A stretch of 63,775 bases of DNA, counting the filler, from Sluysia triapertura (taxonomy: Eukaryota), in the NCBI GenBank assembly GCA_046118255.1. It is 4 parts of 4 records of this genome, joined end to end, with 100 filler letters (N's around TTAATTAATTAA, not from the genome) between each part and the next. Parts side by side here need not be neighbours in the genome. Positions count along the whole stretch, not along the records: positions 51,188 to 63,775 come from JBJNIA010096885.1; 3 more parts are not named here. One strand, written 5' to 3'. The notes under the pieces are model-generated. The model did not search any database. It saw nothing but the letters and a program-made list of their open reading frames with translations, and had not been told where the DNA came from. Shown here piece after piece: positions 51,188 to 63,775 of this stretch. The position numbers and the translations under genes are program-made. The number at the start of each line of letters is the position of its first letter. The stretch's first letter is position 1.

Positions 51188-52415
51188 TTCGTATTGTCAT
51201 AATTTATATACTCTGATTGTAGTTTTGATAATATAACAAATATATTGAGGTTTTGAGTTTGTTTAATTATTGAGTTTTGATTTAATAATTTGGGAAAATA
51301 AAAGTATTAAAAGACACAACAATATTATTGATAATTTTAGAGATTTTTTTTGAGTATTAGTAGACACGTGAGTAACATAACAATTCATGAATTTTATAAT
51401 ATTGTCACTGAGTTTATGTTATAATTACCCATGTTCGATATTATAGATCTTCTCGCCATGTTTGAAAGATGTTTATTTCAAAATAATAACAAACTTAGGT
51501 CTGGAGAAGTCAGTTGCCCATGCTGCTTGACAGATACAAATGCGTGGAATTCGGAAATTTCGTAGTGTAATAACAGTGTAAATTTTTCTTTTGTAAACTC
51601 ATTATACAATTTTTATTTTTATTTAGACGATAAATTAAAGGCAGGGCCAATTGCATTACACAAGGATGCAGCAATAAATTTTAAATTAATTGTTTCGTTT
51701 AAAAATATAGAAATTTTTACAGTTTTATTTGTTTATTTCATAAACTTTATTGAATCCTTGATTTTAAACTTGCATAAAGATACTAAATTTAACAGTCATA
51801 AAAAATTAGATCAAATGATATGAATAGAGATTATAATTATTTTTATTCCAAAGTTAAAGAACTTATCAATAAAAGAAATTGTCGTCATAATAGTCTAGCG
51901 TCTCAAGACTTAATCATATTATCTCGCTCCAAATTAAAATCTATAATTCATGAAATGAATCTTTAGATTGTTCTCAGTTAAACCTATTATATCAAAACAT
52001 TCCGTTAACATCCCTAAATTAATGGGGTTCGAAATAGAACCTATGACGTTTGCTAAAATATTAAAAACGGTAAAATTAAGATATTTTATTAAAATGAATA
52101 TAAATAACAACTTTAAACAAAATAAAATTAAATAATGCTTTAAAGGGGATTACAGTTTTAAATAAGTGATTTTAATAAACTAATCTGAAATAGTAGCATA
52201 ACTGAGAGTTGACTTTAAGTCTTAATTTAAATACGCAATTTTATATATTTCGAAAAAACTTAATATGAATAACTAACTATAATTAAATTCGATTTTGGAT
52301 CAGTAAACAGTATCGATGTAGACTGTGCTGACGAAAAGAAATTGGAAATGAATCTTGATTCTAAGGAATGATTGCAAATTTCGCCTCGGAGCTTATTATA
52401 AATTGCTAGTATTTC

Positions 52416-52506
52416 CTACACTTAAGCAAATTATCTGATGAGTCAGTCCGCCTAATATATACGCTTTACACCAAAAGTGGAGACGTATTATTAGGATTTG
52501 CTATAA
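52416..52506 (+). repeat. Dispersed hairpin-containing repeat, copy 2
   Basis: CCTAATATATACG-CTTTACAC-CAAAA-GTGGAGA-CGTATTATTAGG stem-loop, homologous to 5137-5225. Confidence 0.7.
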
Positions 52507-54146
52507 TTTTTATACTTATATAATTTATACTTATAATTTTTATATATATAATTTTAAAAATAATAAATGTTATATTATATTCCCTTAGAAAATAAAAATT
52601 AATTAAATGAAAGATTAAAAAATTAATATTATTAAAAAATATTCAAAAGTCTTACTTTTACTTAAAAATTTTCCAAAATTTAAAATACAAATTAATCCAA
52701 ATAAATGAACTTTAAAATAAATAAAATAAACTTTGAAATTTGACATATCGATTTATTATTCTTAATTTAAACATGAATTATAAATCATTAACTTTAACAC
52801 AACTTTAAATAATCTGTACAGAATTCACAGTAATAACAAGCATGCAGTATACAGTTTATGTAAAAAAATATATTTCCAGTTACCCGAGAATGTCAAATTA
52901 CTGGAAGATTATGAAATATTTAAGAAAAAGGCAAAGTTCTTTCTGCTTCGGAAATATTATGGTGAATGATTTAATTTAAACGCTTTTGAGTACTTACTTT
53001 GCAGTAGACTTGAGCGCAATATAAATTAATATATTATTATTTTAATTTGTTTTGTAATATGTACACAAAGTAGGAATGTTTATTTGGGAATTGATATTAC
53101 AAAATAAAGAGTAAAGATTATAAATTTAATTAAATAAAAGACGCAAGAGTTTCAGGAGTTAATCAAAAATACCAAATTAAACTTCATCTTTCAAATTTAT
53201 CTCTTAAACCTTATGTAATAACCTGCTTTTTACTGATGTGATTTCCGCAATAATTGTAAAACTTTATGAGAAAGATAGACGCCGGATTCTAGATTCTTAT
53301 GTTTATAATTTGTACTGTCAAGGCTCAAAAATCAAATCACCTGATAAGTAACCTTGTAAAAAATCTTATGAATTATCTGAAAATAGATAATTAAGTACAC
53401 CAACTACATATCGAAAAATATATCCTTCACTTATATTGAATATAAATTTATTCTAAACTATAAATATTAATATAGATACTCTCGGTTTTACATTAAAGTC
53501 TAATCAATGAGATTTTAAAGTTGATTTTGTTAATAGTTTTAAACAATCAAAAATGATTGTGAATCTAAATTAAATTTTAATATTTAGTTAACTTGCAAGA
53601 AGTAACTTACGAATCGAAAAATTGGATAAAATCAATTTTGATAGCGAATTTGACAATAATCTCATGATTTCGAATACAACTGAAGCAAATAATTGAACCA
53701 ATATAATTTCCAGATACCACATTATTCGTAGTAAAATATTTTTATTATCTTTTCTGAAATTTTATTACTAAAATTTATTACCTTTTTAAAAAATTTCATT
53801 AATTTATTATTATTATTATTATTCAGTATTTAATTTAAAGCGTGATTCGGTGCTACATTAAGAAAGATTTATGATATACTTGTTTTCATAAATTTTATTA
53901 TTACATAATATTATTCTAGAAGTACGAATAATAAGACAACACTAGTCTTATTCATTTAAATACATTAAAAATATACAACAATATGATTATATTATGTTAT
54001 TTCTTGTACTTGTGATTTATTACTCTAGTAATAAATAGATTAATAAAATGTAAAGATATTTTTCTCCTTATAACTTTAATATTACAAATTTAGATTTTTC
54101 ACATTTATAATTGACTCACATTTAACTTCAAATAACGCATAAAATA

Positions 54147-54339
54147 CAGTCGGACCCCGTATAACGCGAGAGTTACGTACCGCGTTATAGGAATTAGCGT
54201 AATACGGGGTCTCCCGTATAGCACGCTAAAAATCGCGTTATAGGAATTTTCATAATAAAATAAAGAAAAAAGAATTAACAAACATATATTATTATACGAA
54301 ATCGCGTAATTGGGGGTCGCGTTATACGGGGTCCGACTG
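54147..54339. mobile_element. 193-bp MITE, pogo/Tigger (Tc1/mariner) type
   Basis: Perfect 23-bp TIR CAGTCGGACCCCGTATAACGCGA, TA on both sides (54145-54146, 54340-54341), and internal CGCGTTATA repeats. Confidence 0.93.
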
Positions 54340-54899
54340 TATATGGTGATTGAACTTTCGAATTTTGAACATTTATTATAAACTTGTTAATCAAATTTCT
54401 CATTAGCAGATATATTAGCTGTTAAGATAATATTGCCTTTAATAATATTGCAGTAATAACTCGATTGGTTTTGGAATCATGTCTTGAGAAATTATATGTT
54501 GTGTTATTTTTTTCGTGAGCTAGTTTATAAGAAACTTGGAAAATGTTTAATTCATAAATTTCTATTTAGAGCTGAACAGAATATTAAATTTGAATTTAAG
54601 TGTACATTTAAATAATTTTTTGATTGATTTTGAAATGTTTTTATGTAATATTTGTTTTTAATTTAAATTAAAATTTCAATTTTGACTACTTTAAATTAAC
54701 TATTAAACAAAGTATATACTTCTTTAAAGTAATATAGATTGTAAAAATTGCAGGCTTATATTAATATTTAATTAATATAAATTATTTAAAGTATTGTATA
54801 ATTTGTTAAATTATTTTATAGCACGACATTTTAACGTTTATTTTTATGGTTTTTATTTAAGTTTTTTCACTTTTTGTTTATCAAGTTTCTTAATAATTC

Positions 54900-55401
54900 A
54901 TGGAAGAATTATCCAAAAATGAAATGGTAAATTTGTGTTTTCGTGGAATTGAAATGAGAGGCCTTAATGATCAATTTAGTTCAAATGAATTTATGAATTT
55001 AGAAGTATAATTATTATTTTTGTATAATAAATTATAGCGCCTTGAATTATCAACATCAAAAAACATTCCACTTACTGTTTTTATGCGTAAAGGAAAGAAT
55101 ACTAAAGGCACATCAATAGTAACGTTTCATGATATTGGAACTAACTGTAAACACTATAATCCTTTTTTATTTTATTTATAGATAAAAGTTTGTTCAGTTT
55201 TTTTAATTATCCAGAAATGAAAGTAATATCAGAAAATTTTACAATTTATCACGTGTGTGCTCCAGGGCATTTAATTGAATCACCTGTTAATAGTGATGAA
55301 ACTAAGCATCATTTACTATATTCTAATTCAGAAAACAATATTTTTTCTAATATATTTACTGTTGCATACAGCTGTCGCCGTTATAGTACCACAGATCCCA
55401 A
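54900..55401 (+). CDS. NDRG: NDRG (N-myc downstream-regulated) family protein, exons 1-3 (54900-55004, 55038-55146, 55182-55401); remainder not found in the window
   Basis: The spliced translation ...SIVTFHDIGTN|YKSLFSFFNYPEMKVISENFTIYHVCAPGH matches NDRG ILTYHDIGMNHK...LFNYEDMQEITQHFAVCHVDAPGQ. Introns of 33 and 35 nt keep the frame, and there is a GTAAGT donor at 55402. Confidence 0.88.
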
Positions 55402-57341
55402 GTAAGTTTTTTTCATGTGCCAAGAGTAATTTGAAAAAATAAAGAATTTTCTTTATAAACAAAGTTTTGCAAATTATTTCAAAAAATTTATGCAACATTG
55501 ACAAATGTGTATTTTGTGAATAAATTTCATTTGTCACGCGTCGATATCAAATTTCGCAATTTTTCAATTTATTTTTCAATCTATAATTCATAATTTGAAA
55601 TTTTTCAGTATAATTAATGTGATTTATTTCCTTTTTTAAAAGCTAAGCACAACATTGATAATTTGGAAGTTTATAAAATGTTCCTAATTATGTATACATA
55701 TACACCTGAGAATGCTTGTTCTAATCTCAAAATAATAAAGATATAACTTGACATAATCAATAAGAATACAACTTGATGTATCCAAGTCACGTAAAATACT
55801 ATTCTAGCTAATTTGAATGACTTTGTTAGCATTTGAATTCTTACTATATCATTTGTAAAAAAAATTAACTTAGAAAAAATTGAGAGGAAGAACACTAGTA
55901 AAACATTACAAAATTATTAAATCAAGAAATAACAACAATAGCTTTAGTCGTAAAATTTAAACAAGTAGGGTAAATTTTGATTGTAAGACTACCTGATTGT
56001 TAAAATGTACAGTATTATGAAAATTATGTTTGTTTCATGCACATTTGTTAATTTGATGTTTTTAGGATTTTTATAAGAAATGCGTTGACTTGTGTTGATC
56101 TTGGCCTCTAATTAGAGTTTCGATTTTCAGCTCACGATACAGAAGTTTAATTAAATTTCACCAGATTCTTTATTCAAATTAAATTTTGTCGTTTCTTTCA
56201 TTGTGCCCATAAACTGCCAGTTTACACTACTTAGAAAATAACTGGTTAAATTTATTATTTAAATTTCAATCAATAATTTTAGTTAAGGGAATTATTTCGA
56301 GTTTCTCTTTAGATATTGCATTTATCAATGCAATTATTATAATCAGAATGTGGTGACTAACCCAATATTTTAAAGTTTTATTTCAATAACACACAATAAA
56401 ATCATTAGTCACAATATTTCATAATTCTTAATACTTCTAAACATAAAATTTTATAACATCAAATTCACATTCAATACCGAAAATCATGAAACATTTACTT
56501 AAAAAGTTAATCCAAAATACTGTAAACTTAATATAATACATTTCATATAAAATCATATTAACTATTCTTAAACCTAAACGTTTCCATATTTTATTTTTTC
56601 TCGATTCACTAAAACTAGTCTTATTTCAAAACCATTTATTGTAGTTTTATTATTATTAACTTGAAGATTATATTGTTTTTATTTGGTAATTATTGAATTG
56701 ACATTATTAATTACTCTACATTAATTTTATCTTTAGATCTATTACAAAAAGTTCTTACAAGTTTTCAAATATTTATAATTAAAAAATTGGTGCTTAATGC
56801 ACGTATCGGTTTCATTATTAAACGAAAATTTTGCAATATAAAAATACATAATTGTTCTTTTTATTAACCACGACAGAAAAATTTTAATCATTCTTGACAT
56901 ATAATAGGTCATACAAAAACTACAATTCTTACGTCTCACACTATTGACGGACCCTGCTGACACATGATAGCTTGGCCACCGAGTGGAATTTGAATTTGAC
57001 AATGCAGTTCCTTCGTGTATATAGATAACCACGTATTTGTCACTTTGATGCAATTTATACGCCGCGCTACAGTCTTTTACCATACTTTCCAGGAAAACAT
57101 ACATAACTTTGCAAGATTTAAAACTTAACATGATTACTTAAGTTATGACTATCTTTTAAATTGAAATTTATATAAAATCTTTTATAAAGTTCAATTTTAA
57201 TTATTTGTACTAAACGAAAATTTTTACCATACAAAATAAAATAAAGGCAATCAAATATTAATTTTGCTAAAACATTAGTGATTAGTTTTATTGTAGATAT
57301 ATTATGATTGAAGATGATGTTACAAAAGAAATACCATATAA

Positions 57342-57841
57342 CTAATGTATCATCTTTATCACCAACACTTCTTTAACATTAAGATTACAGAAACATTTCA
57401 AATAATGGTCCATATAATCATAAATAGAATATCTAAAAGGATATTCCAATTTCTTTAAAATGTCAGATTCATTATAATTGAAGTTACAGTAATAAGACAA
57501 ATAACATATAACTAATGTAGTGTTAGTGATCATCTTTATCACAAACGCTTCTTTAACTTTAAGTGATTTTAAATAATCAAATTCAGGATCTTGGATAGTA
57601 AACGTGCAATGTACCACATAATCAACTACTCGACCAATTATATTTGACTTCTTGCGAAAACTACTATTCGACCACTGTTGTCACCAGTAGCCACAGATTT
57701 TCCGGATTCATCAAATTCAAAACGGATTATGATATCAGCATCATTAAGATCTTCATTTGTTTTACCTTTCATCTGAGAGAAGTACCACTCCATATTTAGT
57801 TTTAATTCTTCATCTGTATCATCATTTGAACAAGCTTCCAT
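57342..57841 (-). pseudogene. PPP2R2: Truncated PP2A regulatory subunit B55 (PPP2R2) 5' fragment
   Basis: EWYFSQMKG...DADIIIRFEFDESGKSVATGDNSGRIVVF, a stop, then TFTIQDPEFDYLKSLKVKE match B55 QWCFSQVKG...EADIISTVEF...LATGDKGGRVVIF...TFQSHEPEFDYLKSLEIEE. Similarity ends at about 57545. There is an internal duplication KEAFVIKMI/KEVLVIKMI. Confidence 0.9.
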
Positions 57842-59616
57842 TTTAAACACAATAAAATTATTCAGCCATCATGATAATATTTCAAAAAATTTCAAATTTC
57901 TATTTTGTGCTTTTTAGGTGGTTGGCTGCCTATTTATATGATGCATACATGTTGTTAAGGCACTATGAATTTGATTGGCCGTTGTGTATATTATTACGAT
58001 AATTATCATCATAATCATCGTCATTATTGCCATAATCATCATATTCATTGTGATCATATGGTCATCACTAAAATTACCATTGTTTCTATTACTATCAATT
58101 TTAATAGTAGTAGTAATTAGATTTAAAGATACGTCTATATACACAACAAAAAATACCTTTACCGTTATTACCATCATTGAAAATATCAAAATTATTAATT
58201 ACGTCAATAAAAAATCACCTGGAATAAATTCTGAAAAATATTTATAGTTCCAAATTAAATATTTTGACCTGTCAATAAAATGAAATTAATTTTAGGAATA
58301 AATCAAAAATAAGTTATCAAAACAAAAAGAACCTGACTAGAAATCTTATAGAAGAAATTTCATTTTCATACATCAAAAAAACGTTTTCACATCAATTTTT
58401 AAGAATGCTTGAATCAACATGCAAGTGAATATATCGTTTTCGTTCTTCAAATGATTTATCTTTCTGTTGAATCACGACTAAAATTATCTGATGCAATTTA
58501 TAACAAGATGGCGCAAGCACTTTTGTTGGTGATTGCTTAGTTTGTGTTAAGATCTTGGAAGATCATTGATCCTCTAACAAAATTGAAGTAACGGTTTCTA
58601 CATTTTGATCATATTTATCAAATAACTGTTTATTTCTAGAAACATCGGGTTGTATAACCAATACTTATTCAACAGCAGGACAATTAGTTTCACGTATTTC
58701 GTCATTGCAACTAAGATTTAAATCATTGTTGATAGTATACGTTGATATCTTGCGTTCTATTTTCTTTTATTATATAATTATTTTTGTTGGCTATTGTTTG
58801 TATTTTTCCGTAACTATGTTCCAAGTGGAATATCTTTGTAATGTTGGATAAATCCGAAATTGTGTCAAAAACTTCCGTCTCGTCACTTACGTTTGTAATC
58901 ATAAAAAATAAAAGGAAAACTTGAACTTAGAGAAAATAAGCATATGACAAGTACATTTCAGATATAAAAATACAAAATAAAAATTGAGAAATATAGGCAA
59001 GAAGAGAGACGTCATAATGGTAATAAAAATGACAATGAACACTGAGTTTAATATTTTGGTTAAAATGTTGAAAAAAAGAATTTTAATGGGCATCTGTAAT
59101 TTTATAATGATAAGTGGTGCAATGCCGTAAATGATGTAATTTTTTGTGATGAGGTTTGTGTGATATGTAGGCAGGTGTGGGCTGGGGCACCACACAACAT
59201 TCACAGGTGATCGCGAAAAGAAGACCCATGCTTTTGGTAATGTTTTTTAATTTTTTTATGAATATTAATTTTATTTAAGAATAATTTACTGACACACTTA
59301 AAATGAATATTTTAAACATCAATTTAATTTCACAAATATTTTATAATTACTGACCAAAGAAAATTTTTATAAACATTGATAAGGAATATTTTGTCATAGT
59401 GTCTTAAATTTTATTATTAATCTACTTAAAATGAATTTTTATTTTAAATAAATATTAATTTTAAGGTATATTTTGTCATTACATTTTAAATTTTATTTAG
59501 TTAAAAATAAAGTATACATCTCTCATCTTTTGTAACCGATTTTGTTATTTTAGGGGGTTCCTGTTGATTTTAATTTAGATAAATGATACTCCTTTTGAAG
59601 TAACTTTCTATCATTT

Positions 59617-59762
59617 TTTTAGACTTAATAAAATGGACTGACCGGGGATCGAACCCGGTGCGCAGTTCGATGCTCTACCACTGAGCTATCAACCCCGTCT
59701 AATAATTTTTAGATTACTATATTCAAACATACCAAATAGCACCTTAGGCATATATCCCAACA
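59617..59762. mobile_element. 146-bp copy of the tRNA-bearing element; TSD ATTT
   Basis: ATTT|TTTTAGAC...ATCCCAACA|ATTT (left TG mutated to TT). A and B boxes are intact, with a deletion in the anticodon/variable region. Confidence 0.85.
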
Positions 59763-60824
59763 ATTTTAAATTGACATTTTTAGAAAGTTTGGTTGTGTTA
59801 TAACTAGATTAGGATTAAGTTACACAAATTGGTATTTATGGTCATTATAGACTAAATTTGTTTTATTTTTCAGATAATTATTATTTTGTTGATTACTTAA
59901 AATATATTAAATTGTTGTTTTCGGTTTTATCCTTAATCTATAATTTCAGAAAAAGATTTATCATTATAATAAATATTTTTGGGCATTTCTATCATTATTG
60001 TTATTAAGAATATTTTTTGACATTTTAGTATAACTCCCAACAATATAACATCGAAATGTTTCGATTTAAAATACTATTCGGATTCCAGAAAAGATGAAGG
60101 CCCTTATTGAACTACTCCGACAAAACATTCAGCCTTAGACGGCCAAATAAACATTTTTATTTTTATTCAATCAATTCTTTATATGATACTGACGATCAAA
60201 CAATGGCACTTACCGATGTTACGCAAACTGGAAAGCATATATTCGTTTATCTCGTGCAGCCTCCCACGATGTTGGTATGCGATTGTAAATCGGTTTCGGT
60301 TGTTCAACTAATTTAAAATGACAAAATTTAGTACATTTTATCCCTTTAATGTAAAAAATTTTAATGTTAGACGCTTTAGATGTTTCTTGTTCACAATTAT
60401 TGATAAAAATTCTAATTCGTATTTTTTACTTCGGGTAGGCTTGATTCCTGATAAAATAATTTTAAAAACAAAAAGGTAATTTTAACTAAGTTTTGATATT
60501 TGATTTTTATAGTTTGATTATAAATTTTAAATTTAACTTACTAATGAAATTTGCGCTATAAATTATCACAAACTGTATAATGAATAGAAACCTCTAACCA
60601 TTTATGATACTACACTTACATCATTTAACTTTCTCGCTGTCATATTGCGTCTTGTACAATGAGCCTGATCGTTATATTCTCCATTTGTTAAAGCGTGGTC
60701 CCAACATGTTCGTTCAAAATCTCAAACACATTATTAACATTTAATTACAACACCTTCAAGTTATTAAACTTACAAAAACAAAACTTTTACTTCAATAGCG
60801 AGACAATTTTATTGAAAATGTAAT

Positions 60825-60825
<1 letters not shown>

Positions 60826-60888
<63 letters not shown>
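60826..60888. repeat. (AAT)n microsatellite
   Basis: Seen directly. Confidence 0.97.
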
Positions 60889-60890
<2 letters not shown>

Positions 60891-61384
60891 GGTTTAATAA
60901 ATCTATTAATTAAAACAATTGACAAGTTTGTATAAAATCATTAAAAATGTTTAATTTATGAACAGTGTTTTAATAATCATCATGATTTGGAACTATAAAA
61001 GCAAAATTTAAATTCAGAAAATGCAATAAAATTTGGTAAAACACTGGTTTACATTCATCATATTTGGTTCCGAATGTTATCGTCTATTTAATCGGGAAGA
61101 AAATGTGCATCTTTGAGAAGATGAGGTTGATGGTATTTGACTAATTGGCATACTTAGTAAAGAATCTGAAATATATTTAGGGTTAACATTTCATTTAAAT
61201 TCTTTTTTGTACCTATGCGTTCATTAAATAGTGAGTCTAATATAGAATTCACCTATATTTAGCAAAACATTTATAAACATCATTATCCAATAAAAAACAA
61301 GTTCCACCAGATTACAAGATATTTATAGAATATAAGTCTTTCGGTTATTATTCGAAATACTTCTTGACAATAAGCATTAATTAA

Positions 61385-61584
61385 CTACTTGACAGTTTTG
61401 ACCGAACTGCACTCGTGCAGGACATTTTCCTGTCCACTGACGATTGCATACAGGACTGTTTATTGAATGTTTCAAAATATATCATACTAAAACTACTTAT
61501 TAAGTAAATTTATTGAATTTAATTGATTGTATTAATAAAAATAAAAAAGTGACCTTTTCTCAAAAAAATCCGACTGTTAAGTGG
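61385..61584. mobile_element. 200-bp TTAA-flanked MITE (piggyBac-like)
   Basis: TTAA|CTACTTGACAGT...ACTGTTAAGTGG|TTAA; TIR 10/12. Confidence 0.55.
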
Positions 61585-62745
61585 TTAAGAGGAAGCTTAA
61601 GTATGAACCAGAAATCCCTTGGAACCACGTTCAGATAAATATAATTCTTTGTTCAGTTCTTTCATAATGAGGTATTAATTTCTTAACATATTAACGAGTG
61701 CAATTAAATAATTAATTCTGTCGATAAATTTCTTAGACATTAAACAATTACCTCGATTGGATAATTTTTGAATCGGTCTATGTTAAACCATCGCTTATTA
61801 ATTTCACAAAATGATAATATATTCTTATACGCATTGCTTAATTCTTTAATTAATTTTTTCCTAGAAGAACAAAATTTTAACTTCAATCACGTGATTGCAT
61901 ATTTACCTAAATAAATTAAAACAAAACATTTTATTATAACGTTTTACAACAATTTCTTAGTTTTCTTTTCTTAATATGTTCACTAATTAATGAACGCGCC
62001 AAAAATACAATAAATATTTTAATTCTAAAATATTCTTTATCAATATTCTTTAATATTGTAACATTTAAATATTAATTACTTTAAAAAGTCAAACAAAGTA
62101 AATCCAACGTAAACTAAAAGATATATTACTATATTAAAAATTTCAAAAACTATTTATTTTAACGATTAATTATTTTAGCTAACAATTTAATGTAATAAAA
62201 ACGACATTTTTCAAAATTCGAATTTTTTCGCGAGCCGCAATTAAATTCGCATTAAAAAAGTATGAAAAAAATTCCAGATTACAAATTTATCCGTAGAAAG
62301 AGTGATATAAATTGTTTCAACTATCCATTGCAATGAAAGTTTACAAATTCAAAATCTGTCTGGAGTCGGTCAATTATTGACTTTTCGTTCGCGCAGTTTT
62401 CGATGAGTCATATTCTTAACTTGGATGAGAAAAAAATTATTACAACGCTTGCACTTACTCTTTCGTATTTGTTGTTAGTAATTTAAAAGACATTTTGAAA
62501 CACATACATATAATAACACAAAAAATGAAAAGGGAATCGAGAGCCGCAGTTTGGCCACTCCTATCGTTAAATTCATAGCATCAAAAACAAGTCTGATAAA
62601 GAAAGAACGAAATTACTATCCTTACTGGCTTAATTTTTACCATTCTATTATTTTGTTGGAAAGTTACATATCTCGTCTGTTTAAAGAAACCATTATAAGG
62701 TCTAAAAATATTAAGATTTTTTTAAAAAATTAATTTTGTCGAAAA

Positions 62746-62794
62746 TGAAACAGTCGGAAATTCGCTATATTACGATTTATGAGTTCTTAAGTTG
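62746..62794 (+). mobile_element. Possible mariner transposase 5' remnant
   Basis: MKQSEIRYITIYEFLS* resembles mariner N-termini of the form MxKxxIRxIxxYEFxxG. Very short. Confidence 0.3.
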
Positions 62795-62809
62795 ACCTAT
62801 CTAAATTAA

Positions 62810-62951
62810 CTCATTATTGGCCGTTGACGTAGTAATGCGTCATTTTTATTCGAAATTCAGTAGCCGCTGACGTAGTAGTACGTTTTTTGACAGAATAACT
62901 TTGTGTTGCCATCAAACAGTCAATTGAGAATTTTTAGTGGCCAGTTATGAG
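62810..62951. mobile_element. 142-bp TTAA-flanked MITE (piggyBac-like)
   Basis: TTAA|CTCATTATTGGCC...GGCCAGTTATGAG|TTAA; TIR 11/13; internal direct repeat GCCGyTGACGTAGTA. Confidence 0.65.
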
Positions 62952-63775
62952 TTAAACATTTCCTATAGAGCACCTTCAAGAAAGCGAACCCATTTGTTGA
63001 TTATAATCTCATTTTTGCATTAGGTTTCAGTTAAAGTATTTGCACACTTTTGACAAATTTATGATTTTTATTTCTCCTGTTTTCACTTGTAAAAAACATT
63101 CCATACAGCAAATTATCAATGAGAATTTGTAATTTTGTAATAATGAAAAGGAACGAGAATAATAACTCTTTAATTTTATGAGGATAACTAAAATTTTTAT
63201 AATTAATTTATAGCCAATGATTGATGAAAATAAATTGTAAATTATATTCTAATATTTAGATTTAAAGAAATTAATATTTAAATATTTTAATTAGAAATAA
63301 GGAAATTTTATTTTATTCAATAATAGTGTAATTGAAAATATGACCTTTGGTTAAAAATCGAAGTAGATAAATCATATTTATGTGAACAAAGGAAATTATT
63401 AATTTTGAATAAATAGTAATAAACAGTAATTATTAAATTAATTTAAAATAAATAATTGAATGTCTAAGTCCAAAAATAAAACAAGTATAAATAGCAAAGT
63501 TAAAATTTAAAACTAAGTAAGTCATCAAAGTTGTTATTTTGTAAATCTGTAGTACTTTAAATTTTAGTTAATTTAAATTTAGTCGTCGAGACAGTATTCT
63601 ATTTATCAATTACAAGATATCCGTAATGAAAAAAATTATTCAAGTAGTAAGATTTTTTATGTTAGATTTCAGTCTTTGTTAAATAATAATAAAGATAGAC
63701 TCAAATTTTATTAATAAACGATTAGTTTACGCTAAATTTAAAATCAGAATTAAACTGTAAATATTGTATTAAGAA

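Noticed and set aside
57914-58247. Ile/Met-rich ORFs on both strands
   Set aside because: They are products of the ATC/ATT low-complexity tract.
58300-58900. Coding-like minus-strand stretch (similar to 47930-48300)
   Set aside because: All frames are interrupted and no motif is recognisable.

Overview
Very AT-rich eukaryotic (animal) genomic DNA with very short (33-50 nt) GT-AG introns. It is made of four assembly pieces joined by 100-nt N/TTAATTAATTAA spacers at 26616-26715, 37836-37935 and 51088-51187, so adjacency across the spacers is unproven. Recognisable host genes: an intact single-exon Snail-family C2H2 factor, the first three exons of an NDRG gene, an isolated cullin-3 exon, and exons of an unidentified coiled-coil gene. 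Transposon content: a degraded Ty3/Gypsy pol, an R2/NeSL-like non-LTR RT fragment, Tc1/mariner remnants, one pogo/Tigger-type MITE and two TTAA-flanked MITEs. Two things stand out. (1) A dispersed, highly diverged cassette of about 1-1.3 kb occurs in at least 6 copies on both strands. Its order is: C/A-rich G-poor block, TATGTCAGAA...TTTATGC motif, AAT tract, CCATCA...TGATGG hairpin, CCAAT box or CAATCAGAGC...GCTCTGATTG inverted pair. Several copies point into a different cargo, either a truncated host-gene piece (PDE GAF, with weaker cases for PP2A-B55, ankyrin and RPN1/CDS) or a long orphan intronless ORF. Hairpin arms differ between copies but stay mutually complementary. (2) A 146-160-bp TG...CA element with 4-bp target-site duplications carries an internal tRNA-Ala-derived Pol III cassette, a possible tRNA analogue of the 5S-bearing Cassandra LTR. 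All homology calls come from motif recognition by eye; no searches were run.
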